Source: a virus
DNA length: 64,000 nucleotides
Reading direction: 5' to 3' (one strand)
Virus record (IMG/VR): IMGVR_UViG_3300027706_000002
Coordinates: 2,372 to 66,371 of that record
Shown piece by piece: positions 27,140 to 36,316 of this stretch. Position 1 is the stretch's first letter; each line of letters opens with the position of its first letter. Below the pieces are notes generated by a model. The model had not been told where the DNA came from and did not search any database. It was given only the letters and a program-made list of their open reading frames with translations. The translations under genes and the position numbers were made by a program.

Positions 27140-29716
27140 TTAGACCGCTTGTCGTTGTTCCTTAACCAATTCCTGCCAATTAATCCGGGGCGGCCACTCT
27201 TCGGTCGTCTCTTGGGAGACGTTGGACGTGGGAGCCGAGGGAACTCCTGGAGGAAGGTACAGGTGGGGACGGGGAGCCGAGCTTACGGAAGAGATCGAAT
27301 CCATCAACGTATTGCGGGCCGGAGTCGGCATCGCCGCAGCGAGCTTCCGCAGCTGGTTGAGATCCATCTTTTCGTAAACTTCCAAGAGGGTCTTCTTGGC
27401 GGTATCGTCCGCCGCGTTGGCCGTGATATGGTCGAGGAGTGCAGCCCGTTCTCGACCCTTCATCTCTCGGGCATACTGAATATCCTCGCGGATATCCCGG
27501 GGCAACGAGTTAAGGTTCATACGGTTCGTATTGTATTCCGACGGGATGCCTGCACCACCCGCCTGCCGTGCCTTGGTTTTCTTGGGAGGACCGTCGAAGG
27601 AGTGCAGATCCTCCGACTCCAGACCCTCCTCGTCCTCCTCTTCTCCCTCTTGGAAGTCGAGGTCACCCCCGAGATCCTTCGTCATCTTGGCGTTGAGAGA
27701 GATGAGAAGCCGATCGGACAAGCCGAGCAGCTTTTCCTTCTCCTCTTCGCAGGCGCAGCCGTTGGCCACCAGCTGATTGGCGATGGCCGTGCGCTGCTGA
27801 GTGGTCAGCGGCATCTTGAGATCTCCTGTACTGTTAGTGACGGCAGCCATATGCAGCGAAGCAGCCTTCCGGTGCATATTGGCCGCGTTATCGTGCTCGT
27901 GCGCCCGATCATGGTAGCCGTCCTTGCGTAGACGCAAGGCTTCATCTTCGTGTGCGGCTGCTGCGGAGAGATGACTCTTAGCGGCTTTCTTGGAACTCTT
28001 ACCTTTGGAGTGTCCTAGAGCTTCGACCGAGTGGCTCAACGCTCCGTCGTGGCCGGTTTGCATCGAGGCCATTCCTGCCTCGGTTGAGGCAGACCCGGCA
28101 TCGTTATAGCTCATCATGTTGCGACTGCCTCCTCCCATGTAACAATTAATCGCTCCCGGATAACCGTCCGCGTCATTTTCCACTTCCGGCTCCGCTGTAG
28201 GGTTTGTTCCCGGCGGAATGCTCTTGGGCGGTTTGGGAGTGGGTGTTTTACTTTTCGGCTGTTTGGCGGCCTTGGCCGGCTTTACAGGTTTAGCTGGGGC
28301 AGCGTCGGCTTTCTTGGACCAACCTGTGTTATCAGACTTATCCCCAGCAATCTCGCCGCCTCGAGTTAGAATTGCGTTTTGGGCCCTTTTGTCGTCGCGT
28401 TTTTCATGGTTCGTAGCGACAGCCTCTCCACGTTCGATCTTGTTCTTGTGGAGAAGAGCCTGCGCCCCGTGGTAGTGTACCTTGGAAAGGTGGTAATCGG
28501 CTTTATTCTTGTGATAGCCGGCTAGCTCATAGTCGGGCGACCCCTTCGTGGAGCCTGGATTACTCGCCTCTTCGTAGGCCGCAAGATGGGCGTTGGCCGC
28601 GTCTTGGTGAACCTTGAGAGCCTCCTCGTGCCCTGTGGGATTTTCCAGAGCGATACCCGAGGAGTGTTCGGCGGCATCGGTCAGGGCCTTAGCGTGGTTG
28701 GAACGCTTGCCGAGAGACCAGTTACCTTTCCCCAAACCCTTCGCCGGAGCGGTCGAATCAATTTCCGAAGGCTTTTCAGCGTCTTTATTCGTACTAAGCC
28801 CCAAAAGCTCGGCGATACGGTTGAGAAGAGTTCGCTTGTTCTCGATGGTATCACCTTTATGCTGCGAGGTATTTTGCCGCCCACAGTCGATACACAGACC
28901 CGTCGTGGGGTTGACTCCTGTAGGACTACCACAGTACTTACAGGTCTCTGGATACCCTTTACTGAGAGGTTGTTCCGCCGTTGGGTCACTATTGTGTGTA
29001 TTATTCCCCACGGTGCCCCCCATCTTTTTGTAGATTTCTGTAACGACAGCGTAGTAACTGTCTCCGTCGTAGTCGCCTTTATCTGCAGCTTCTTTGGCCT
29101 TTTCCCAGATGTCCTCGTCCTCAACCCAAGACGGATTAACCGTGAGGTCCATCGGGTGTTTGTCATGATTGACCAGAACTCCGCAACCGTCCTTAATCGA
29201 GCAGGCTCCCACTTCGTCGGGAAGCACAGCTACGTGGTCTGGCCGATAATTCCGAGCGATATATTCGTAGGGACGTCCCTTGTGATCCGTGCCGGACGCG
29301 GGTTCATTGTCGGTATAAAGACCGGTGGAAAGCTCGAGAGGTTGTCCTTTAAGCAGAGAATTCAGGATACGAGAGTCGAGAGCTTGGAGTCGCTCGATAT
29401 CGAACCAACCATCAGCCCGTAGCTTTCCGTTGGCAGAGGCATTCTTGATAAAGCCGATATATTGACGGGCTGCCACCCCGGGGTGTCTAGCAGAGACGGG
29501 ACGACCGAGTTCATCGAAGGGATGCCGGAGAGTCAGCGGCATACCGTCCCACTTCTGGGGATCGTCTGCCACTTCCTCGGGAGGATAGTAGAGAGCTCCC
29601 TTGGATCCATTGAGCACGCCGGGGACAATCAGCGATAGGGGGGCCACGAGATATTCGCGACCATCGCGGATTGCCCGGCGGACTCGACCTGCTACGTTAG
29701 CGAGTAGCCTTTCCAT
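27140..29716 (-). CDS. DUF2213-family prohead protease/scaffold with large insertions
   Basis: GVLNG, W.G.P.T..HP, ELSTG, DHVAVLPDEVGACSI.DGCG motifs in the first ~185 aa. Confidence 0.85.
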   Translation of the reverse strand: MERLLANVAGRVRRAIRDGREYLVAPLSLIVPGVLNGSKGALYYPPEEVADDPQKWDGMPLTLRHPFDELGRPVSARHPGVAARQYIGFIKNASANGKLRADGWFDIERLQALDSRILNSLLKGQPLELSTGLYTDNEPASGTDHKGRPYEYIARNYRPDHVAVLPDEVGACSIKDGCGVLVNHDKHPMDLTVNPSWVEDEDIWEKAKEAADKGDYDGDSYYAVVTEIYKKMGGTVGNNTHNSDPTAEQPLSKGYPETCKYCGSPTGVNPTTGLCIDCGRQNTSQHKGDTIENKRTLLNRIAELLGLSTNKDAEKPSEIDSTAPAKGLGKGNWSLGKRSNHAKALTDAAEHSSGIALENPTGHEEALKVHQDAANAHLAAYEEASNPGSTKGSPDYELAGYHKNKADYHLSKVHYHGAQALLHKNKIERGEAVATNHEKRDDKRAQNAILTRGGEIAGDKSDNTGWSKKADAAPAKPVKPAKAAKQPKSKTPTPKPPKSIPPGTNPTAEPEVENDADGYPGAINCYMGGGSRNMMSYNDAGSASTEAGMASMQTGHDGALSHSVEALGHSKGKSSKKAAKSHLSAAAAHEDEALRLRKDGYHDRAHEHDNAANMHRKAASLHMAAVTNSTGDLKMPLTTQQRTAIANQLVANGCACEEEKEKLLGLSDRLLISLNAKMTKDLGGDLDFQEGEEEDEEGLESEDLHSFDGPPKKTKARQAGGAGIPSEYNTNRMNLNSLPRDIREDIQYAREMKGRERAALLDHITANAADDTAKKTLLEVYEKMDLNQLRKLAAAMPTPARNTLMDSISSVSSAPRPHLYLPPGVPSAPTSNVSQETTEEWPPRINWQELVKEQRQAV

Positions 29717-29803
29717 CAGCTGTCCTTGGCTGTACAACCCCGGTTCCCTCGGGGTTGGGTCTAGGGATAGCTTAGCTAGCCATTCGAGGAAGGTAAACTT
29801 GTA

Positions 29804-30073
29804 CTAATAGGGCTTAGGCTTTTCTTGTCCATTACTGTAGGTATCGAGACAGTAATAGGTACAACCTTCCATGATTTTACAGGAGATCGTAAAACCATGA
29901 TGACGGAGTTTCGCACGTAAGCGGGAGATGTGAAATTGGATCGAGGTTAACGCGGCGAGTTCATCATCCAGACAAGCGTGGAGTTCCTGGCGAGTGTGGA
30001 AGTGGCGATCCCGTAACACCGTAAACATACGGCGTTGTATCGGTGTCAGGGAAACGGGTAAATCATCAAGCAT
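29804..30073 (-). CDS. winged-helix DNA-binding protein (OmpR C-terminal-like)
   Basis: LTP.Q.R...L, HISRLRAKL motifs. Confidence 0.7.
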   Translation of the reverse strand: MLDDLPVSLTPIQRRMFTVLRDRHFHTRQELHACLDDELAALTSIQFHISRLRAKLRHHGFTISCKIMEGCTYYCLDTYSNGQEKPKPY

Positions 30074-30082
30074 ACGTCTACC

Positions 30083-30676
30083 TTAACTCGCCCAGCGATA
30101 GAGCTTCCTGCGGAGATGGGCTAGTGCTTTTTGTTCTTGGAGTTTAATCGCTTGCCGAGACAGACCTATCTCGCGGCCGATTTCGGCCCCGTTTCGATAC
30201 TTGTAATAGATCTCTTCCAAGAGAGCTCTTTGCTTCTTGGGAAGTTCTTTAAAGGCTTTCTGTAGAGCCTCTAGAAGCTCGAAGTCCGGATCTTCCTTCG
30301 GTCGAGGAGCCTGAACCATCTCCTCCAAACAAAGATCCTCATTTTCTAGACAGATCTGGTTCGCCAATTCGTTACGACTCTTACGCAGTAACCCATGATT
30401 TTTATTGACATAATTAAGCAAGTGGTTCAAGATACACTTTACCGCAAAGGTACTAAAAGCCACTGGCTTACCTGTTTTCTTACTCGGACGGTGAGGGTCG
30501 TACTGGTCCACGGCCCGAACGAGAGCGAAAGTACCCTCTGCTAAGAGGTCGTCCCAACTACCGATCGTACGAAGCTTCGGATCGCGATCTTTTGCGGGGA
30601 AAGCTCGCCCCGCAATCCAATAAACAAGCGGTAGATTTTCCGTAATCATCCGATCACGTTCCGGACCCTGTTTCAT
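30083..30676 (-). CDS. sigma-70 family sigma factor
   Basis: ENLPLVYWIA, DDL..EG..AL..A...YDP, FSTFA (region 2); EIG...GLSRQAI..Q..AL..LR (region 4). Confidence 0.88.
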   Translation of the reverse strand: MKQGPERDRMITENLPLVYWIAGRAFPAKDRDPKLRTIGSWDDLLAEGTFALVRAVDQYDPHRPSKKTGKPVAFSTFAVKCILNHLLNYVNKNHGLLRKSRNELANQICLENEDLCLEEMVQAPRPKEDPDFELLEALQKAFKELPKKQRALLEEIYYKYRNGAEIGREIGLSRQAIKLQEQKALAHLRRKLYRWAS

Positions 30677-31053
30677 CGGCGATTCCTCGGTGGTGCGTCG
30701 TTGTCTTCGTCCGCCTTTTCTTCCATCTCGCGAAGAGATTCCTGTCCGGTTTCTCCCTCCGTCCGCAGTAAATCCTCGTCTTCCCCCGGAGGGAAAACCC
30801 CGATCGTCTTACCTCGCCCCGAACGTTTTCGTAGGACTCGTTCGGTCGCTTCTTCTCCTTCTTCTAGCTCTGGGACGTGCATCCCCTCATTATATACTGA
30901 TTCGGTAACTGTTTCAGGATCAACCTGAACTCCATTTATCCAATATTGCGTGTAGTCGAGAGTCGGCACGTAACGGGTAACCAATTCCCCCCGTACTGTT
31001 TCAGGAGGTAATTGACGATCGTCATCTCGGAAAGTCTTCGCGGCTACTTCCAT
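30673..31053 (-). CDS. acidic hypothetical protein downstream of MuF
   Basis: Overlaps the MuF stop and the sigma start. Confidence 0.55.
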   Translation of the reverse strand: MEVAAKTFRDDDRQLPPETVRGELVTRYVPTLDYTQYWINGVQVDPETVTESVYNEGMHVPELEEGEEATERVLRKRSGRGKTIGVFPPGEDEDLLRTEGETGQESLREMEEKADEDNDAPPRNRR

Positions 31054-33917
31054 TGGATATCCCGAAAAGGAGTATCGCTACGCGATTGATTACAGGCGAG
31101 ACAAGCGGGTACCAAGTTATCATGGCGGTACTTTCCGCCTTCTCGAGCCGTATAGATCTTATCGCGGGTCACCGTATTCTCGTTTAATTCTACCCCACAG
31201 TAGACACAGCCGCACGTGGTTCCGTCCCCGAATTCCTTAAGAAGACGCAGACGACTCGCTCGGCGATCCTTGGAGCTTCCCCGAATATTCGCTTCGTAAC
31301 GGTCGGCTCCGAGACGATCAATCTTTTCGTGGGCTGCGGCGACCTCTTCGGCCGTAGGTCGCAGGGCGGTAGCCGCCTTCGCTTGAGCTTGGAGGCGGAG
31401 TTTTTGTAGGGCCTTTTTACCTACTGCTCGGATCTTACTTCCACTACCCCCACTGCTCCCCCCTTCTTTACCGCAGCTAGGATCGACTCCTCCTCCTACA
31501 CCCGTCGCGCAAAAGACGTTCAAGGTCGATTGGGGCCGGCTTTTCGAGACGGACAAATCGATATCCGCTTCGTGAAGGGCTGCGTCGATCGAGGATTTAC
31601 TGCGTTTTTGTCCTTCGGTATCCTCGCCGACGTTAGCCGGAATCCAGGCACATCGGCAGTTTGGATGCACCGGGATTATCCCACGAGCTTCCTCGACCTT
31701 CAAGACAACTCCTTCCAACGCCTCACACTCAGGACAAACGGTATCGTCTCCGGCGGAAGAAAATTCGACAGCGGCCCCAACCTCCTCCACACCCATCTGC
31801 TCCAGAGCTTCCAGTTGCCCCTCCGCGTGGGCTCGAATAATCTCGGTTCTCGCGATCAATTCGGCCCGTTGTCGGCTGAAGCCGATATCGTCCTCGAGGT
31901 CGTCCGCAATCTGTCGAGGACTCTTTCCCTGGACGAGCCCGTCGGCTAGGGTCCGACTCATCCGCTGCGAAAGATCCGCCGTGACGTTCTGCATCTCATC
32001 GAAAGAACGGGCGGCGAGCAGCTGGACCTTCTCGACCGCGACGGGGCGGCCGAAGGCACTCCGCAGGAATTCCTGTTTTGTCCCTTGATAAAAGTCCAGC
32101 TGCTGCGGCTCCGTGGCCGCAACGCGCACCGCCGCCCGCGTATCGTCGAAAGCTCGTCCCGCACCCTTGCGGAATCCGGATTCGATAAATCTTCTCCACA
32201 ATTCCTCAACTTCCGGTGAGGTAAGATCCTTACCGAACTGTTGTTTGAGCCAGGCTTGGAACTGTTTGAGCTTTTGTGGATCGGAGGAGAATTTCCAACG
32301 AGTATTGGAAAGAATTACCGAGTGGGCTGGATGTCCGGCTCCCGGAGAAAAGTGCGACGTCCCCTCGATCCAGACCTCTCCATGGAGATCGGCGAGGAGT
32401 TCCTGAACTGCTTGCGCGATGAATCCTTCTTCGCTTCCTTGCGAATGGAAAACCAGATTACCTGTCAACGGACTGATAAGACGATGCATCTCGGCGAGAG
32501 CGATCACCGGAGCAGCGGTAACTAAGGAAGCTCCTGGAAGAGGGACAGGAACTCCGGCTAAAGCCGCACCGATAATCGCCTTGGCGTAGGTAGCTCCGTA
32601 ACGCTTTTCGAGCTTGGCGTACTTCTCCTTAACCTTGTCTTTGATTTGCTGGTAGATCTTGTCGGGAAGACCTTTGACGAATTTGCCTATTTCCTGCAGC
32701 TTAGTTCCTGCTCCTCCTTGTCCCGGAGAACAGGTAGGATCAACGCCCCCACCCGGCCCGGTTGGGCAGAAAGCGTTGATCGAAGGAAAACCGGGGATGT
32801 TTCTGCCGTCGGAATCGCTCGGTAGACCTCCTTCGTTACGTCGTGTTGGGCCTACGTTTTTCGCGGGACTCTCCCAGGCTCGTTCCGTCCCAACTGAATC
32901 CCACAAGGCGCAACAATTTCGGTCGTTCACCGCGAAACGGACCTTGGGATGAGTACAAAAGCCTGTTTGAACGAATCGACAATTCCCACAATTCGTACCC
33001 GAGACTCCGGGCGGTAAAGTAACAAAGTCTACAGCCTTCGCCCGATCCTTATCTTCGGGGATAACTCCTCCGAGCACATCCAAGGGTGCGTTACCTTCCT
33101 GGGAGAAAGTAGCCGAAGGCGGACCTACGGCGATACCGTAGCGGATAAACTCATTGCCATAGACATCCTTATCATGCCACAACCGCAAAAAGTCTTCCGC
33201 GTCGATCATCACTCGTCCCGGTTTCTGGACGGAACCCGAGTCGGCGATAACATTATCCTCCGAAGAATCCTGGCAAAATACATACCCCATTCCCACTCCG
33301 ATCACGACCAGATAATGGCCGTAATCGAAGCGAGCTTCGGGAGGAACCCAGGGTCCATAGTCTTGTACTGGAACGATCACCGGCATTCCAGCTTCGATAT
33401 AACTCCGCAACTCCCCGAGACCTAACTCTTGCTGCGCGATAACCGTGCAACCTAAGCTCTGGAAATACCCGACAATCGCTTGCGGATGGGTCGATTGTTC
33501 GACATCGGTTCCCAGAGCCTCCTTCCACTGTGGTAGCGTCTCTGGACCTACTCCCAGGTATCTCCCCACGACCATACTAGCCGCTGCGCCACAACTGTAG
33601 TGATCTCGTTGTCGCACGTCGGGGACTTCGAGAATTTTACAAGATTTCTCGGTGTGTACAGGTTGCGGCTCTTCCTGCGGAATAGGGTACTTCCGCTCAT
33701 TGAGAGCGAAAGGATCGTGGGAAGATTCCTTTAGTCCTAAAGCATCCTCCTCAACGATGAGGTGGACGACAGCTTTTTGTAGAAGGAGAAAACGTTTCCG
33801 TAATTGGGAGACAAAGGTACGCCGCAACGTGGCGGTGCGCGAAGGATCGAGCCGCAGCGGATTACGCTTTCTTGCAGCGGTAACCAAGACACCCTTACGA
33901 TAGCGACGCTTTTTCAT
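31044..33917 (-). CDS. MuF/SPP1 gp7-like head morphogenesis protein with C39 peptidase, Cys-rich and HNH-like domains
   Basis: DPSRT..LR N-terminus; RAELIARTEIIRAH, D..VCPEC, IPVHPNCRC (MuF); RQ..HYSCG, GHY, QD (C39); CVYC...NLV.AC..CN (HNH). Confidence 0.85.
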   Translation of the reverse strand: MKKRRYRKGVLVTAARKRNPLRLDPSRTATLRRTFVSQLRKRFLLLQKAVVHLIVEEDALGLKESSHDPFALNERKYPIPQEEPQPVHTEKSCKILEVPDVRQRDHYSCGAAASMVVGRYLGVGPETLPQWKEALGTDVEQSTHPQAIVGYFQSLGCTVIAQQELGLGELRSYIEAGMPVIVPVQDYGPWVPPEARFDYGHYLVVIGVGMGYVFCQDSSEDNVIADSGSVQKPGRVMIDAEDFLRLWHDKDVYGNEFIRYGIAVGPPSATFSQEGNAPLDVLGGVIPEDKDRAKAVDFVTLPPGVSGTNCGNCRFVQTGFCTHPKVRFAVNDRNCCALWDSVGTERAWESPAKNVGPTRRNEGGLPSDSDGRNIPGFPSINAFCPTGPGGGVDPTCSPGQGGAGTKLQEIGKFVKGLPDKIYQQIKDKVKEKYAKLEKRYGATYAKAIIGAALAGVPVPLPGASLVTAAPVIALAEMHRLISPLTGNLVFHSQGSEEGFIAQAVQELLADLHGEVWIEGTSHFSPGAGHPAHSVILSNTRWKFSSDPQKLKQFQAWLKQQFGKDLTSPEVEELWRRFIESGFRKGAGRAFDDTRAAVRVAATEPQQLDFYQGTKQEFLRSAFGRPVAVEKVQLLAARSFDEMQNVTADLSQRMSRTLADGLVQGKSPRQIADDLEDDIGFSRQRAELIARTEIIRAHAEGQLEALEQMGVEEVGAAVEFSSAGDDTVCPECEALEGVVLKVEEARGIIPVHPNCRCAWIPANVGEDTEGQKRSKSSIDAALHEADIDLSVSKSRPQSTLNVFCATGVGGGVDPSCGKEGGSSGGSGSKIRAVGKKALQKLRLQAQAKAATALRPTAEEVAAAHEKIDRLGADRYEANIRGSSKDRRASRLRLLKEFGDGTTCGCVYCGVELNENTVTRDKIYTAREGGKYRHDNLVPACLACNQSRSDTPFRDIQWK

Positions 33918-34096
33918 AGGTGTTTCAGGTAACGAGCTTTCCAAGAGTTAGTAGCCAAGCGTACCAGGAGGTAATTCCGCAATCTCCTGAGCCGCTCGGC
34001 TTCTTGGGTATCTTGTAAATACTCAGCGATCTGCCGCTGTTTGAGCACTTCGCTGAGCATACGCTGGCTCCAGCTTTTCCGAAAGAAACGTAGCAT
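33914..34096 (-). CDS. small basic hypothetical protein
   Basis: Fills the operon gap with coupled ends. Confidence 0.45.
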   Translation of the reverse strand: MLRFFRKSWSQRMLSEVLKQRQIAEYLQDTQEAERLRRLRNYLLVRLATNSWKARYLKHL

Positions 34097-34099
34097 TCT

Positions 34100-34468
34100 C
34101 TAGTATCCTCCCGTCCGTATCCAGGCGACGATTGCGCTGATTGTATCTCGCCAACGAATCGAACGTACCTTGGCCGTGGCTTCCGCTGCTTCCTCTTCGG
34201 GGTTGTAAAGACGTTGCTCGCGAGCTTGCTTTTTGCGGAGACGCTCGGCTGCAGCCTTTCGATCCGCTAACCAGACCTTATCCCCTAACCACTTAATACC
34301 GCCGATAAGCAATTGGGAGATAGCCATGTGTTCGAAGGGATAGCAATATGCCATCATCACACGAATATCCATGGCGGCCGTCCCTTCCCCGGGAGTAGGC
34401 CCCTGGAACCGAGTGGGTTGGGCAAGAGAAACACAGGCTTGTCGCTTATGCTGTGTGTCAACGGCCAT
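34100..34468 (-). CDS. hypothetical protein
   Basis: Overlaps the sigma gene stop; operon position. Confidence 0.55.
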   Translation of the reverse strand: MAVDTQHKRQACVSLAQPTRFQGPTPGEGTAAMDIRVMMAYCYPFEHMAISQLLIGGIKWLGDKVWLADRKAAAERLRKKQAREQRLYNPEEEAAEATAKVRSIRWRDTISAIVAWIRTGGY

Positions 34469-35057
34469 GAGAGTCTTTATCCTTTAAGGCCCGAAGCTTC
34501 CGCAGACCTTTCCACATCTTATTCCAGATTCTTTGCTCTTTACAACCTAACTCCTGGGCGATATCTCTACAGCGACGTCCCCGGATCCAGTGTTCGTAGA
34601 GTAACCAAGCCGTCTCTCGATCAGGTAATTGTTCGAGAAGCGTCGCGATCTCTTCTTTTACCTGATAAACCTTAAAAGGATCTTCCGGCTGCTCGAGTTC
34701 GTTGTTGAGTTTCTCCCAGGAAACCCGCGAGGAAGCCTCTCGATAGCTCGTTCGACTGCAGCGTATCAGGCCGCTGTGTTGTCGTATCCAATCGAAGATA
34801 GCTCCTTGCGCTCGGAGACCCAGGTAGGTTTTCGGTTGGCTTCGGGCCGGATTATAGCGTGGAATTCCGTCCAAGATTCCCAGTACAGCCACATGGACCA
34901 GGTCTTCCAACTCACAGTCCATCCGCTTTCGACTGCGTCGAACCTTGTGGGCGAGAAGACGAGCGAGAGGGAGATAATACTCACACAACCTACGGCGAGA
35001 TTCGGCTGTGGGTTGTCGGAAATATTCCTCCCATAGTCGCTTTTCTTCCTCTGTCAT
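34458..35057 (-). CDS. sigma-70 family sigma factor (FliA/WhiG-like)
   Basis: LW..Y......R..L...YLPL, EDL......G....I.RY.P, TY...R..GAI.D..R; region 4 DIAQELG; GAGGAGG RBS. Confidence 0.85.
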   Translation of the reverse strand: MTEEEKRLWEEYFRQPTAESRRRLCEYYLPLARLLAHKVRRSRKRMDCELEDLVHVAVLGILDGIPRYNPARSQPKTYLGLRAQGAIFDWIRQHSGLIRCSRTSYREASSRVSWEKLNNELEQPEDPFKVYQVKEEIATLLEQLPDRETAWLLYEHWIRGRRCRDIAQELGCKEQRIWNKMWKGLRKLRALKDKDSHGR

Positions 35058-35067
35058 CGTCCTCCTC

Positions 35068-35823
35068 TTACTGGAACTTTCCTCGGGTGAAGAGAGTTCC
35101 ATCGTCGCTCACCGAAGCAGCGGCCACTACCGTCGCCCCGTTATCCGCGTAGACCGTCTGAACGGCTGCCGTTTGCGTGATCTTATTGCGAGCAAGCATA
35201 CTAAGCCATACAATCTTGTCTCGTAAGGTATCGTTCGCGGTCGGTGGAGCCGCTAGTTCACCGTTCGTATCGACCACGAGAGCGTTGTACGCTTGTAGCA
35301 TCCGTGCGCCGGCTTGCGGAAGTACATAAGGACCGGGCAGGTTGGTGCTCCAGACCGCGTCTGCGATATCCGTCGGCGTTAGGCTACACAAGGTATAGCC
35401 GACAGTGCCGATCGCGTAGTTGACGCAATCCAGGGTGGTATTGAGGATCTCGTCGACGATCGCCTGGGTAGCTCCGAGATCCACTTCGATCGCCACCGGA
35501 GCCATGTTGGATGCCCCGGAGAAGCTGAAGGCTACGCTCTTCGCTCCAGAGGCTAAAGCTGCGTTCGGCGGACAAAACTGATACCAACCCGCCATAAACG
35601 AATCGCTGATAACCTTGAAGCCTCCTGAAGTGTAGGTGCCCAAGGTCATATTGTTTAGCGTTACCTGCGTCGGGGTCGTATCGGTGTCCCGATGGTAATA
35701 ACAGATAAGCCCTGGACTCGTGTTAGAGAGACCTGTGAGACCTGAACCGTCGGTAACGGAACTATTCTGGATGAATAGGTGCCAGATCTCGTTCAGCGAT
35801 CCCGGTCTGCGTATCAGCTTCAC
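35068..35823 (-). CDS. putative virion structural protein
   Basis: Thr/Ser-rich; IADAVW and SDDGT..TRG motifs seen in phage structural proteins. Confidence 0.5.
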   Translation of the reverse strand: MKLIRRPGSLNEIWHLFIQNSSVTDGSGLTGLSNTSPGLICYYHRDTDTTPTQVTLNNMTLGTYTSGGFKVISDSFMAGWYQFCPPNAALASGAKSVAFSFSGASNMAPVAIEVDLGATQAIVDEILNTTLDCVNYAIGTVGYTLCSLTPTDIADAVWSTNLPGPYVLPQAGARMLQAYNALVVDTNGELAAPPTANDTLRDKIVWLSMLARNKITQTAAVQTVYADNGATVVAAASVSDDGTLFTRGKFQ

Positions 35824-36106
35824 GTTTCTTTCTCCGATAATACTTGCGCTGGGCTGCGCGAGCGGCTTCAGGATGTTCTCGATTCCACTGCTTAGCTCTT
35901 TCGATCATCTTTTCGCGGTTCGCCGCGTAGTAAGCTCGGCGGCAGCGTTTCAGGCTCTGCTTATTCTTCATGTACCACCTCCGCCGAGCGGCACGCGTCT
36001 CCTCAGGATGCTCGGCAGCCCAGCGACGGGCTTTAGCGATGTAGTAGTCTCGTTTGGCAAGGTAACGCAGGCGATTCTTGAACCTTTGAATCTCCTTACT
36101 CGTCAT
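35762..36106 (-). CDS. basic helical-repeat protein
   Basis: Repeated R.W/Y...N/H.E units resembling HNH N-terminal repeats; no nuclease domain visible. Confidence 0.5.
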   Translation of the reverse strand: MTSKEIQRFKNRLRYLAKRDYYIAKARRWAAEHPEETRAARRRWYMKNKQSLKRCRRAYYAANREKMIERAKQWNREHPEAARAAQRKYYRRKKREADTQTGIAERDLAPIHPE

Positions 36107-36114
36107 AAACTCCT

Positions 36115-36312
36115 CTAGCGTAGCAGGTCACGTATGGGAACTTGTACTGGAAGTTGTGCCTCCGCTCTTTTTTGTAGTTCGTTGAGGTGGTTCTCCCACC
36201 AAGAAGGTCTCTCGATTCGGGAACTCCCCCGGTTACTTTTCATACATCTCCAGCAGTATCCCGACCTCGGTTTCCGTCCCATAAGAACTCGACGACAACC
36301 TAAACACTCCAT
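36115..36312 (-). CDS. small zinc-finger protein
   Basis: CLGC...CWRC; ATG 36312 just after the upstream stop. Confidence 0.5.
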   Translation of the reverse strand: MECLGCRRVLMGRKPRSGYCWRCMKSNRGSSRIERPSWWENHLNELQKRAEAQLPVQVPIRDLLR

Positions 36313-36316
36313 TGGG

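Noticed and set aside
25206-29422. Long plus-strand ORFs (25206-26138, 27149-27931, 28586-29422) and similar shadows elsewhere
   Set aside because: Antisense to well-supported genes in GC-rich DNA, with no recognisable motifs.
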